Below, piece by piece: positions 47,692 to 57,003 of a stretch of 64,000 nucleotides of DNA (within the stretch, counting starts at the first letter, position 1; each line of letters starts with the position of its first letter). A program made the position numbers and the translations under genes. The notes below the pieces were generated by a model, which did no database searches, was not told the origin of the DNA, and saw nothing but the letters and a program-made list of their open reading frames with translations. The DNA is from a virus, in IMG/VR virus record IMGVR_UViG_3300008267_000003, positions 1 to 64,000 of that record. One strand, 5' to 3'.

Positions 47692-48394
47692 TACTTGCAC
47701 AGATGTGTATCAGTATGGTCGTACAACTAAACTTAGTCCTGAAGCCCCTGTTCCAATTTTTGTCAAAGAATATGAGGAAACCAAGGAGGGGATGGCTTCC
47801 AATGTCCAAAATAATCTTCTAGCTCTTGGATGTAATGTCCAACTCATTGCTGGCAATAACAGGTCAATCAAAACTAGGTTAATTGATTCCAAATCAAATC
47901 AACATCTCCTCAGAATAGATCAGGATCAAGAATCAGATCCAGTACCCTACATACCTGGTTTTTATTATGATGCCATAGTTTTTTCCGACTACAACAAAGG
48001 TACTTGTACGTATGAGCTGATAGAAGACACTATTAGACGCTTCAAGGGTCCTGTTTTTGTAGACACAAAAAAGACCGATCTCCAAAGATTTAAAGATGCC
48101 ATAATTAAAATAAACAGCAGAGAGTATCTGGAATCTGAAGGTGGCCACAACGTATCTAATCTAATAGTAACATATGGAAAGCAAGGAGCAATGTGGAAAG
48201 ACAAATACTTCCCAGCGCCCAGTGTAGAAGTATCGGATGTGTGTGGTGCTGGTGATACCTTCCTAGCAGCGCTTGTATACAAATACCTTGATAGTAATGA
48301 TCTAAATGCAGCTATTTCATTCGCTATTAAATCTGCTGCTATTACAGTACAGCATATGGGTGTATACTCTCCAGCAATAGAGGATATAGAATGA
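47645..48394 (+). CDS. Heptose-7-phosphate kinase (HldE/RfaE domain I, PfkB family)
   Basis: VVGD...D.Y.YG...LSPEAPVP, KTR, SDY.KG, DVCGAGDTF. Confidence 0.9.
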   Translation: MDTQLPKKFNILVVGDTCTDVYQYGRTTKLSPEAPVPIFVKEYEETKEGMASNVQNNLLALGCNVQLIAGNNRSIKTRLIDSKSNQHLLRIDQDQESDPVPYIPGFYYDAIVFSDYNKGTCTYELIEDTIRRFKGPVFVDTKKTDLQRFKDAIIKINSREYLESEGGHNVSNLIVTYGKQGAMWKDKYFPAPSVEVSDVCGAGDTFLAALVYKYLDSNDLNAAISFAIKSAAITVQHMGVYSPAIEDIE

Positions 48395-49170
48395 AAATAC
48401 TTGTAACCGGATATCAGGGTTTCATAGGTAAAAATATCACTGGTAGTCTTATTGCTGATGGTCACGACCTTAGCTATTTTGAATGGGGTGATGACCTTCC
48501 AACCATCAAAGGGTTGGACTGGGTAATACATCTTGGAGCTATCACCTCAACAACAGAAAGAAACATAGATCTAGTGATGACTCAGAACTATGACTTCTCT
48601 TGCTGGTTACTTGATTTGTGTGTATATCACAGGGTCAATATTCAATATGCAAGTTCAGCATCAGTGTATGGACTAGGATCTTCTTTTAAAGAAACCAGTA
48701 TGGTTGACCCAAAAACACCTTATGCTTGGTCTAAATACATGGTTGAAAGATATGCAGCTAAATATATCAAAACTAATCCCGCTTGCATGATACAAGGATT
48801 TAGGTATTTCAATGTATATGGCCCACACGAGGATCATAAACACGATCAAGCTAGCCCTTACCATAAGTTTAAGCTACAGGCTGATCGACAAGGGCATGTT
48901 ACAGTTTTTGAGGATAGTGAAAAATACCAACGAGATTTTATTCATGTTGACGAAGTGATAAATATACATAAACGATTTTTTAACATAAAGAAAAGTGGTT
49001 TGTGGAATGTTGGTACCGGTGAGCCAAAAAGCTTTATGGATGTAGCTAGAACATTTACTAGAAACATAAAAACTATTCCGATGCCAGAAAATCTTAAGGA
49101 TAGCTACCAGAAGTATACTTGCGCTGATCTTACGCGACTGAAATACTCTCTAACACAAGAACAAAAATAA
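48391..49170 (+). CDS. hldD: ADP-L-glycero-D-manno-heptose 6-epimerase
   Basis: TG..GFIG, H.GA..STTE, YASSASVYG, Y..SK, RYFNVYGP.E.HK, RDFIHV, IPMP..LK..YQ.YTCAD. Confidence 0.88.
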   Translation: MKILVTGYQGFIGKNITGSLIADGHDLSYFEWGDDLPTIKGLDWVIHLGAITSTTERNIDLVMTQNYDFSCWLLDLCVYHRVNIQYASSASVYGLGSSFKETSMVDPKTPYAWSKYMVERYAAKYIKTNPACMIQGFRYFNVYGPHEDHKHDQASPYHKFKLQADRQGHVTVFEDSEKYQRDFIHVDEVINIHKRFFNIKKSGLWNVGTGEPKSFMDVARTFTRNIKTIPMPENLKDSYQKYTCADLTRLKYSLTQEQK

Positions 49171-49178
49171 CATAAATA
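49171..49178 (+). promoter_or_regulatory. Late promoter
   Basis: CATAAATA in the intergenic gap before the structural gene at 49201. Confidence 0.6.
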
Positions 49179-49200
49179 TATATAAACAAAGGTTACTTAA

Positions 49201-49530
49201 ATGGCAACAAAAGCAAACATCGTCATAGATCAGGGTACTACGTTTAGTACCACTATAAATCTAACGGATGATGATGATGCTCCAATTAACTTAACTGGGT
49301 ATCTTGGTCGCTCTAAGATGAAAAAGCACTACTCATCATCCAACTCACACACCTTTACAGTGAGTCTTGGTGGGACTACTGGTGTTCTTACACTATCTCT
49401 TTCTGCTACCCAGACTTCAAATATTGTTCCTGGAAGATATGTTTACGATGTTGAATTGGTTGATCCCTCTAATGTTGTTTCAAGAATTGTTGAAGGTATA
49501 GTAACTGTAACACCAGAGGTCACTACATAA
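49201..49530 (+). CDS. Conserved small virion structural protein
   Basis: N..IDQG.TF, NLTGY, L.L...QT, GRYVYDVE, R.VEG.V.V.P.VT. Confidence 0.8.
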   Translation: MATKANIVIDQGTTFSTTINLTDDDDAPINLTGYLGRSKMKKHYSSSNSHTFTVSLGGTTGVLTLSLSATQTSNIVPGRYVYDVELVDPSNVVSRIVEGIVTVTPEVTT

Positions 49531-49778
49531 TGGCAAATATTAAGGTAAAATTTGGAGCAAGCAATCAATTACAATCTACATCTCCACTTACTCTTAAAAA
49601 CACAACAGGTGCTGTGTCAGCTAGTAGGTTGGACTCTCTTGTTGACGTAGAAGAAATTGATCCCCAAGACGGTGCATTTCTTGTTTACCGTGCTTCAGAT
49701 GATAAATATGTTGTATCCAGTAACATTTCATTTAGTTTAGAAAACTCAACAGGCGCTCTTGATGGTGGATCTTTTTAG
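49530..49778 (+). CDS. Small fiber-associated protein
   Basis: LDSL.DV.....DG..LVY repeat; C-terminal LDGGSF. Confidence 0.7.
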   Translation: MANIKVKFGASNQLQSTSPLTLKNTTGAVSASRLDSLVDVEEIDPQDGAFLVYRASDDKYVVSSNISFSLENSTGALDGGSF

Positions 49779-49804
49779 TATTGCCTGAACAATAAGGTAA
49801 AAAA

Positions 49805-51874
49805 ATGGCAAACAATTTAATTCAAATCAAAAGGTCGCTCACTACCGCTCAGCCAGGGTCACTGGCTAATGGTGAATTAGCCTATACCGCTAATGGTGAT
49901 GTATTATATGTTGGTAGTAACGGCTCTATCGTAGCTATTGGTGGTGCGAGAAATCCTGGTGTTTTAACAGCCAATCAAGCACTGGTTGCAAACTCAACCA
50001 GCTGGATGGATTCCGTAAAAGCAGCCAATCTAGTAACCCAAAAAGTATATGCTAACGGTGAGTTTGGTACTGCCGGTTATGTTCTCGCATCCGGTGGCAC
50101 AGGAAGCAATGCGTACTGGGTATCAACAGGCACACTTGCTACATCTCCCGGTGGTACGAACACTCAAGTTCAGTTTAATGATAGTGGAGTTCTAGCAGCT
50201 TCTGCTGGATTCACTTTCAATAAAGATTCGAACACACTTAACGTTTCCAACACTGTTACGGTTGGTGCTAATGTATCTCTTTCAACCAGCGCTCTCTCCA
50301 TCGGAAACAGCACTGTTAACACTGCTGTAAATTCTAGCTCTGTTACAACTGGCACAATCACTGCAACAACTGCTGCACTTACAAACGCAGCAATCACTAA
50401 AGTTTATGCTAACGGTGCTCATGGTACAGATGGTCAGCTATTGTACTCGAACTCAACAGGCGGACTCTACTGGGGTAATGTATCTTCAACTGTCAATGAT
50501 CTTGATGATCTATCAGATGTTGCTGTTGCGACACCTTCAGCTGGTCAAATTCTCGTTTCTAATTCTACCGGTGTCTTTAGAAACGTAAGTCTATCTGGGG
50601 ATGTAACAATTAATGCTGATGGTGTAGTGTCTATTGCAGCAGATGCAATTACTCTTGGTACAGATACCTCTGGTAACTACGTTGCTACAATCACAGCAGG
50701 CAATGGTCTTTCTGGTAATGCCACTACAGAGGGTTCAACACCAACAATAGCTGTTGTTGCTGGTAATGGTATCGCTTCTAACGCTACCGGTGTACACGTT
50801 GTAGCTGGTACCGGTGTTACATCTAACGCTACTGGTGTTCATATTGGGCAGGCTGTTGGAACTACAGATAATGTAACATTTAACGATGTTACTATTAACG
50901 GTAATACTATTCTTGGTAGTGCATCATCTGATGTAGTATCATTTACAGGCCATGTTAACACTGCAATTGTTCCTTCAGCTAATGTAACTTACGATTTAGG
51001 TACAACAGCATTACGTTGGAAAGACTTGTATTTGGCAGGTAGTACTATCTACTTGGGAGCAGCTTCTATTACTGAGAGTGGTGGTACTATTTCCACAGGT
51101 AATACTTCTGCCGCAGATTTTAGCGTCACAGGAAACACAACTCTAGGTTCGAATACATCAGATGTAGTTTCGTTCAATGCAGTTGTAAATTCAAACATTA
51201 TGCCTGCTGCCAATGCTACCTATAGCTTTGGTAACAACACTGTAAGATGGTTTGAGTTACATGCTGCTAATGTACATTCAGAGTATGGTTATTTTGACAA
51301 GGATGTTTCGATCAGTGGTAACCTATCTATCACTGGTACATTAACTACTGTTAACGCTAACAACCTAACAGTAACCGACTCGTTAATTCAGCTAGCTGCT
51401 AATAATACAACTAGTGATACTCTAGATATTGGTTTGTATGGAAATTATCAAACAGGTGGTGGTGATCATGAACACACCGGTTTGTTCCGTGATGCGACAG
51501 ATGGTAAGTGGAAACTTTTCAAAGATTTAACAGCAGCTCCAACCACTACTGTAGACACATCAAATACCACGTACACAACAGCTACTCTTGTTGCTTACCT
51601 TGAGTCGGGTGGATTACAGACTAACAGCTCAGCTGTTGCTATTTCTTCCAACTCAACTGTTTCTGTAAGTATTACTGCTAACAGTATTACTCTTGGAACT
51701 GCTCTTGCAGGTACTAGTGGTGGTACAGGATTGTCAAGCTATACTGCAGAAGATATTCTAGTTGCTAATTCCTCAAATGGATTTAGAAAACTAGGTCTTG
51801 GTACAGATGGATATGTCCTGCAGTCTAACGGTACAGCTCTTGTTTATGGTACACTTGATGGAGGCACATTCTAA
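49805..51874 (+). CDS. Tail fiber protein
   Basis: IQIKRS...L..GELAY N-terminus; YDLG....RW..LY; HTGLFRDATDG; C-terminal LDGGTF. Confidence 0.85.
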   Translation: MANNLIQIKRSLTTAQPGSLANGELAYTANGDVLYVGSNGSIVAIGGARNPGVLTANQALVANSTSWMDSVKAANLVTQKVYANGEFGTAGYVLASGGTGSNAYWVSTGTLATSPGGTNTQVQFNDSGVLAASAGFTFNKDSNTLNVSNTVTVGANVSLSTSALSIGNSTVNTAVNSSSVTTGTITATTAALTNAAITKVYANGAHGTDGQLLYSNSTGGLYWGNVSSTVNDLDDLSDVAVATPSAGQILVSNSTGVFRNVSLSGDVTINADGVVSIAADAITLGTDTSGNYVATITAGNGLSGNATTEGSTPTIAVVAGNGIASNATGVHVVAGTGVTSNATGVHIGQAVGTTDNVTFNDVTINGNTILGSASSDVVSFTGHVNTAIVPSANVTYDLGTTALRWKDLYLAGSTIYLGAASITESGGTISTGNTSAADFSVTGNTTLGSNTSDVVSFNAVVNSNIMPAANATYSFGNNTVRWFELHAANVHSEYGYFDKDVSISGNLSITGTLTTVNANNLTVTDSLIQLAANNTTSDTLDIGLYGNYQTGGGDHEHTGLFRDATDGKWKLFKDLTAAPTTTVDTSNTTYTTATLVAYLESGGLQTNSSAVAISSNSTVSVSITANSITLGTALAGTSGGTGLSSYTAEDILVANSSNGFRKLGLGTDGYVLQSNGTALVYGTLDGGTF

Positions 51875-52087
51875 GTGGAAATTGAATTCGTTAATGCTTA
51901 TATTGCAAAACAAAAATCCTGGATTGAAGATTTAGTAGCAAAAAACATAATTTTAGAAACAAGGTTACAGCTAGCTGAGGCAAAGAGTGCTCAGCTAGCT
52001 GAGCTTTTATCTGAATCTAACTCTCAAATAGATAAGCTAAATACTAGAACAAAGAAGAAATCAGAAACTCCTGATTCGACGTTCTAA
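51875..52087 (+). CDS. Small coiled-coil protein
   Basis: GTG start directly after TAA, GGAGG SD; heptad pattern. Confidence 0.7.
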   Translation: MEIEFVNAYIAKQKSWIEDLVAKNIILETRLQLAEAKSAQLAELLSESNSQIDKLNTRTKKKSETPDSTF

Positions 52088-52126
52088 TTCAAAACATAGC
52101 CCTAGATAGGGTTTTTGAGGGGCCAT

Positions 52127-55100
52127 ATGGCTAATAAATTACAAATCAAGCGTACGACCATCTCTGGTCGTGCCCCCAACACTACCAACTCTGGTAACAC
52201 ACACTTTATTGATACGGGTGAGCTAGCTCTCAACCTTACCGATGGTAAGATGTTTTCGTCTAATGGTACTGCTCGCTTTGAGGTTGGTGCCAATTTAGCA
52301 AGCCTTTCTGTTGCTGGGAATGCTTCTCTCAACACAGTTACCGCCAATACCTTTTTAGCAGGTGATGGATCAGCTGCAACCCCTAGTATTGCCCTATCAA
52401 ATGATCCAGATACTGGGTTGTATAGATATGCTGGTGATTTTTTGGGTATTTCTACAGGGGGAACTGCTAGAGCTTATTTTAATTCGTCTGGGCTATCGCT
52501 TTTAAGTGGTGGTTATATGTATGTTGGTGGTGGAAGTGAATCGAATCCCTCTTTTGCTTTTACAGATGATACCAATACTGGAATGTACAGAGTAGCGGCA
52601 GATACCCTTGGGTTCGTAACTAATGAGCAGACTAGATTACAGGTTAATAACAGTGTTTTCAATATAAGCAACACTGTAGGGTTAATGGCCAATGGATCGA
52701 CAGGGACAACGGGGCAGGTGCTCACGTCTAATGGTACAGCAACATACTGGTCTACTGTATCTGGTGGTGGTTTTACCAATGGTTCTTCAATCTCAGTAGC
52801 AGATTTAACAATCACTGGAGGCTTGACTGCTAATGGTAGTACGGGTTCAAGTGGTCAGATTCTAGCCTCTAACGGCACATCTCTTTATTGGACCACCCAG
52901 TCATCAGGTTCAGGTGCTTTTGTATCTAGAACCTACACAGGTACAGGTGCTTGTACTCAGTTTACGGTCACAGACGGAGTTTCAAATAATAGTCTGCTTG
53001 TGATGGAAAATGGTATTGTCCAAACTCCTAGTACAGATTATTCCGTATCTGGAACAACACTTACATTCACTGCTGCTCCAGCTAGTAGTGTAAACATACA
53101 AATAAGAGAGCTTGCAGTAGTTGCAACCTTAGATTCAGCAACCAGCTATGCGGCAAACAACTTAACAGCTGTATCTACAATCACAGTTGGTAATAGTACA
53201 GTTAATTCAGTAATTAATAGTACATCAATCTCAGCAAACATCGGTAATTTCACTGGCACAGTTTCCTATACATTAACCGGTACTTCTACAACTGGTGGTG
53301 CACAGATTTATCTTAACGGTGCCACACAGAACCGTATTGATTTTAACACAAATGGTGTGGCTGCACCAACATATACTACGCGTAGTGCAGGCACCAAAGT
53401 AGCACTATATCCAGCTATAAGCGGCAGTTCAGTTGACTATGCACTTGGTGTTGATACTGGTGCATTGTGGACTAGTATTCCTGGTAATGACGCTGGCCAA
53501 TTCTTCAAATGGTACGGTGGCGAAACACAAGTAGGGTCTTTGAGTGGCACAGGGATGATGAACATTATTGGTGCAGTTAATGCAGCTAGCCATACGGTTG
53601 GATCCAATTTCATAGCCAATTCATCTCAACTTACCCTGACCGGTATACCATTATCTGCAAATGGATCTACTGGAACTGCAGGACAATTATTATATTCAAA
53701 CGGGACCACTGGATCGCCGTATTGGGCTGCCGACAACTCTAGTACTGCATATTCAAACGCTACTGCTTATTCAAGTAACGCTACTAATATATCATCTGGA
53801 ACAATCTCACCAGCAAGACTACCACAGGCAAATACTACATCTAACGGTGCAGTTATTATTCTTGATAGTGTATCAAATACCTCTATATCTATTTACGCAG
53901 CTTCAGCAAACAGTGTCAAGACAGCATACGATGCTGCTATAAATGCTAACACAGCTGCATCGGACGCATATACCAATGCAACATTGTACAGTAGTAACGC
54001 TACTAATATATCATCTGGAACCCTTAACACTGGTAGACTACCAGGTACAATAAGTATATCTACTGCATTTTCAGTAGGTAATTCTACAGTCAATACTGCT
54101 ATCACACCGGTATCCATTGATACTGACGGTACTCTCAGTGTTCTTGGAGTAGCTACATTTAGCAACACTGTTCAGATGTCCAACAACATCATTGCTAATG
54201 TGGCTGATCCAATTGATCCAAGAGATGCTGTTAACAAGCAGTATGTTGATACATTCATTGAGGGTTTACATATTCACGCTTCAGTTGAAGCTGCAACCAC
54301 AGATACGCTTGCCGTAATTACAGGTGGCACAGTAACATACAATAATGGAACTTCTGGTGTTGGTGCTACATTGACACTGTCCGTCGCATTAACAACTCTG
54401 GATGGGTACAGCTTACTGCCAGGAAATCGTATACTTGTAAAAAATGAAGCCAACACAGCTCATAATGGCATATATGAAAGAACAAGTAGTACTGTTTTAA
54501 CTAGAGCACAAGACACAGACTCCGGTGTTGAAATAGCTGGTGGTGATTTCACTTTTGTTACCAACGGTACGTTGTATAATAATTCTGGTTGGGTTCAGAC
54601 AGAATCAGTAACTACGGTTGGTACAGATGCTATATTATATACACAGTTTTCTGGTGCTGGCACATACACAGCTGGAAACTATCTCTATCTAAGTGGTTCT
54701 CAGTTTAATGCAAATGCTACAAGTTCAAGTACTGCATCAGTATTAATAGCAAGAGATAGTGAAGGAAACTTTGCAGCAAACACTGCTAATCTAATTACTC
54801 TTAGTTCTGGAGTTATTGGTGCATCTTCAAACGGATTAATAGCTAATTCTACAATAATTACTGTTGGTAATACATCTGTAAATGTTGCTATAACTACAGG
54901 TGGTATCACCTCTTCGGGTGGATCTGGTGTTAACCCTTCATCAAATACAATTGGTACTGCGCTTGGCACAACATCCCAGCGTTGGGTTATAACAGCAAAC
55001 TCGATTACAACGTCAGGTTCTGGCACTATTGGCACAACTCTTGATGCCGGTAACACAACAATCGCTGGGTTTGCTAACGTTACTGGTACCATTCAAGGTG

Positions 55101-55624
55101 GTTCTAGTTTAACTATTGCTGGTGCTGCATCTGGTATAACCACACTAGCAGCTGGTAATACAACTATTACTGGTTTTGTGAATGCCACGTCTACAGTAAC
55201 ATCTAATACCGTATCGCTAAGAGGTAGCTCTGGTTCATTTGCTGCTACACTTAACCCTACAACACTAACAGCAAGTAGGACAGTAACGATACCCGATGAA
55301 ACTTTTACTATAGGTTTCAGAAACATTCCTCCTGTTGGAACCAAGACTTCAAGTTATACTCTGACCACATCAGATGTTGGTAAGTATGTGCAGATTGGAT
55401 CGGGTGGATCAATAGTAATACCTGATGCAACATTTACTGAGGGTGATGCAATAAATATCTTTAACAACACTTCTGGATCTATTACTATAACGTGTTCAAT
55501 AACGACAGCCTATATTGCAGGAGCAGATACTGATGTTGCTTCTGTCACTCTTGCTACAAGAGGTATGGCTACAATCCTATTCATAAGTTCAACTGTTTGC
55601 GTTATAGCGGGTAACATAACATAA
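52127..55624 (+). CDS. Long tail fiber protein
   Basis: MANKLQIKR...GELALNLTDG; D.DTG.YR repeats; DAVNKQYVD; RILVKNE...NGIY...RA.D; start taken at the second ATG (GAGGGG SD). Confidence 0.85.
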   Translation: MANKLQIKRTTISGRAPNTTNSGNTHFIDTGELALNLTDGKMFSSNGTARFEVGANLASLSVAGNASLNTVTANTFLAGDGSAATPSIALSNDPDTGLYRYAGDFLGISTGGTARAYFNSSGLSLLSGGYMYVGGGSESNPSFAFTDDTNTGMYRVAADTLGFVTNEQTRLQVNNSVFNISNTVGLMANGSTGTTGQVLTSNGTATYWSTVSGGGFTNGSSISVADLTITGGLTANGSTGSSGQILASNGTSLYWTTQSSGSGAFVSRTYTGTGACTQFTVTDGVSNNSLLVMENGIVQTPSTDYSVSGTTLTFTAAPASSVNIQIRELAVVATLDSATSYAANNLTAVSTITVGNSTVNSVINSTSISANIGNFTGTVSYTLTGTSTTGGAQIYLNGATQNRIDFNTNGVAAPTYTTRSAGTKVALYPAISGSSVDYALGVDTGALWTSIPGNDAGQFFKWYGGETQVGSLSGTGMMNIIGAVNAASHTVGSNFIANSSQLTLTGIPLSANGSTGTAGQLLYSNGTTGSPYWAADNSSTAYSNATAYSSNATNISSGTISPARLPQANTTSNGAVIILDSVSNTSISIYAASANSVKTAYDAAINANTAASDAYTNATLYSSNATNISSGTLNTGRLPGTISISTAFSVGNSTVNTAITPVSIDTDGTLSVLGVATFSNTVQMSNNIIANVADPIDPRDAVNKQYVDTFIEGLHIHASVEAATTDTLAVITGGTVTYNNGTSGVGATLTLSVALTTLDGYSLLPGNRILVKNEANTAHNGIYERTSSTVLTRAQDTDSGVEIAGGDFTFVTNGTLYNNSGWVQTESVTTVGTDAILYTQFSGAGTYTAGNYLYLSGSQFNANATSSSTASVLIARDSEGNFAANTANLITLSSGVIGASSNGLIANSTIITVGNTSVNVAITTGGITSSGGSGVNPSSNTIGTALGTTSQRWVITANSITTSGSGTIGTTLDAGNTTIAGFANVTGTIQGGSSLTIAGAASGITTLAAGNTTITGFVNATSTVTSNTVSLRGSSGSFAATLNPTTLTASRTVTIPDETFTIGFRNIPPVGTKTSSYTLTTSDVGKYVQIGSGGSIVIPDATFTEGDAINIFNNTSGSITITCSITTAYIAGADTDVASVTLATRGMATILFISSTVCVIAGNIT

Positions 55625-56994
55625 TGGCATTGATATTAAAAAATCGTGTAAAGTCTACAACCACAACAACAGGTACAGGAGCAATCACTCTTGGTAGTGC
55701 AGCTACGGGTTACCAAGACTTTTCAGTTATTGAAAACGGTAATCAAACATACTATACTATTAAAAGTGCTACCGAGTGGGAAGTTGGTAAAGGAACATAC
55801 ACAGCGTCTGGTACAACACTCTCTCGAGACGTTGTGTTCAGCTCATCCAATAGTGGTGAGCTAGTTAACTTTAGTGCTGGTACAAAAGATGTCCTATGTG
55901 TATATCCGGCAGCAGCTATGCCTGGTGGTGTTCCATATGCGGATGACAATGATGTTGGAACAGATCTTTCCGGTTGGACAATGTTTAAAGCTGCTTTGAA
56001 TAACGGAGTTGCTGGAGATGTAGCTTTCAATAATAACAATGCAGGTGGTATAGTATCAACGTATTCGTTGGTGTATACTGCTCCTGTAGCGTATACTGGC
56101 GGAGTACTAGCACCCAATGGCGATATTCACTTTATACCCGATAATGCAGTTCGAGGTCAGAAGGTAAACTATTTAACGGGTGTAGTATCCACTTATTCAT
56201 TGGTATACACCGGTGCAGCTTACTTTGGTGGGGTGTTAGCACCTAACGGTGATATTCACTTTGTTCCATATACCGCTAATAGAGGTCAGAAAGTATCAGC
56301 TTCTGGTTTGGTTAGTACATACTCACTGGTATTTACTACCAACACCGCATATTATGGTGGAGTACTAGCACAAAATGGAGATATTCATTTTATCCCATAC
56401 AGTGCTACCAGAGGTCAGAAAGTATCGGCTACTGGTGTGGTTTCAACATACTCACTGGTGTATACTACATCTGCAGCATATGCGGGTGGTGTTCTAGCGC
56501 CCAATGGTGACATTTATTTTGTTCCTCGTGCAGCGAGAGTAGGACAAAAAGTATCTTCTGCTGGTGTCGTTTCAACATATTCGCTTATATATACCACAAC
56601 CCAAGCGTATGTGGGCGGAGTATTATCACTTAACGGAGATGTTGTTTTTATCAGATCCAATGCTGCCGTAGGTCAGAAGGTAAGTATCAACGGTGTTGTG
56701 TCTACGTACTCACACAATCTTTCAGCAACTCCAGGATCCGCTGTGCTGGCACCTAATGGAGATGTGTTTCTTATACCTCAGACTGGTGCAGGAAGTAGAG
56801 TGTCTGCTACTGGTACTGTTTCAACTTACTCTTTAGTATCTACGTCAGGTTCTTATTTTGGTGGAGTACTGGCACCTAATGGTGATATTTATTTTGTTCC
56901 AGCTAGCGCACCTGTAGGTCAAAAAATATCTACAAATTCTGGCAACCCATTAGGAATTGGTGTTTGCTTGAGTCCTTTTTTAAACAAATTATAA
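55624..56994 (+). CDS. Tail-associated protein with 7 ~43-aa propeller-like repeats
   Basis: RVK.TTTTTGTG...WEVG.GT N-domain; repeats GVVSTYSLVY...GGVLAPNGDIHF.P...GQKV. Confidence 0.8.
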   Translation: MALILKNRVKSTTTTTGTGAITLGSAATGYQDFSVIENGNQTYYTIKSATEWEVGKGTYTASGTTLSRDVVFSSSNSGELVNFSAGTKDVLCVYPAAAMPGGVPYADDNDVGTDLSGWTMFKAALNNGVAGDVAFNNNNAGGIVSTYSLVYTAPVAYTGGVLAPNGDIHFIPDNAVRGQKVNYLTGVVSTYSLVYTGAAYFGGVLAPNGDIHFVPYTANRGQKVSASGLVSTYSLVFTTNTAYYGGVLAQNGDIHFIPYSATRGQKVSATGVVSTYSLVYTTSAAYAGGVLAPNGDIYFVPRAARVGQKVSSAGVVSTYSLIYTTTQAYVGGVLSLNGDVVFIRSNAAVGQKVSINGVVSTYSHNLSATPGSAVLAPNGDVFLIPQTGAGSRVSATGTVSTYSLVSTSGSYFGGVLAPNGDIYFVPASAPVGQKISTNSGNPLGIGVCLSPFLNKL

Positions 56995-57003
56995 ACAAAA
57001 TCC

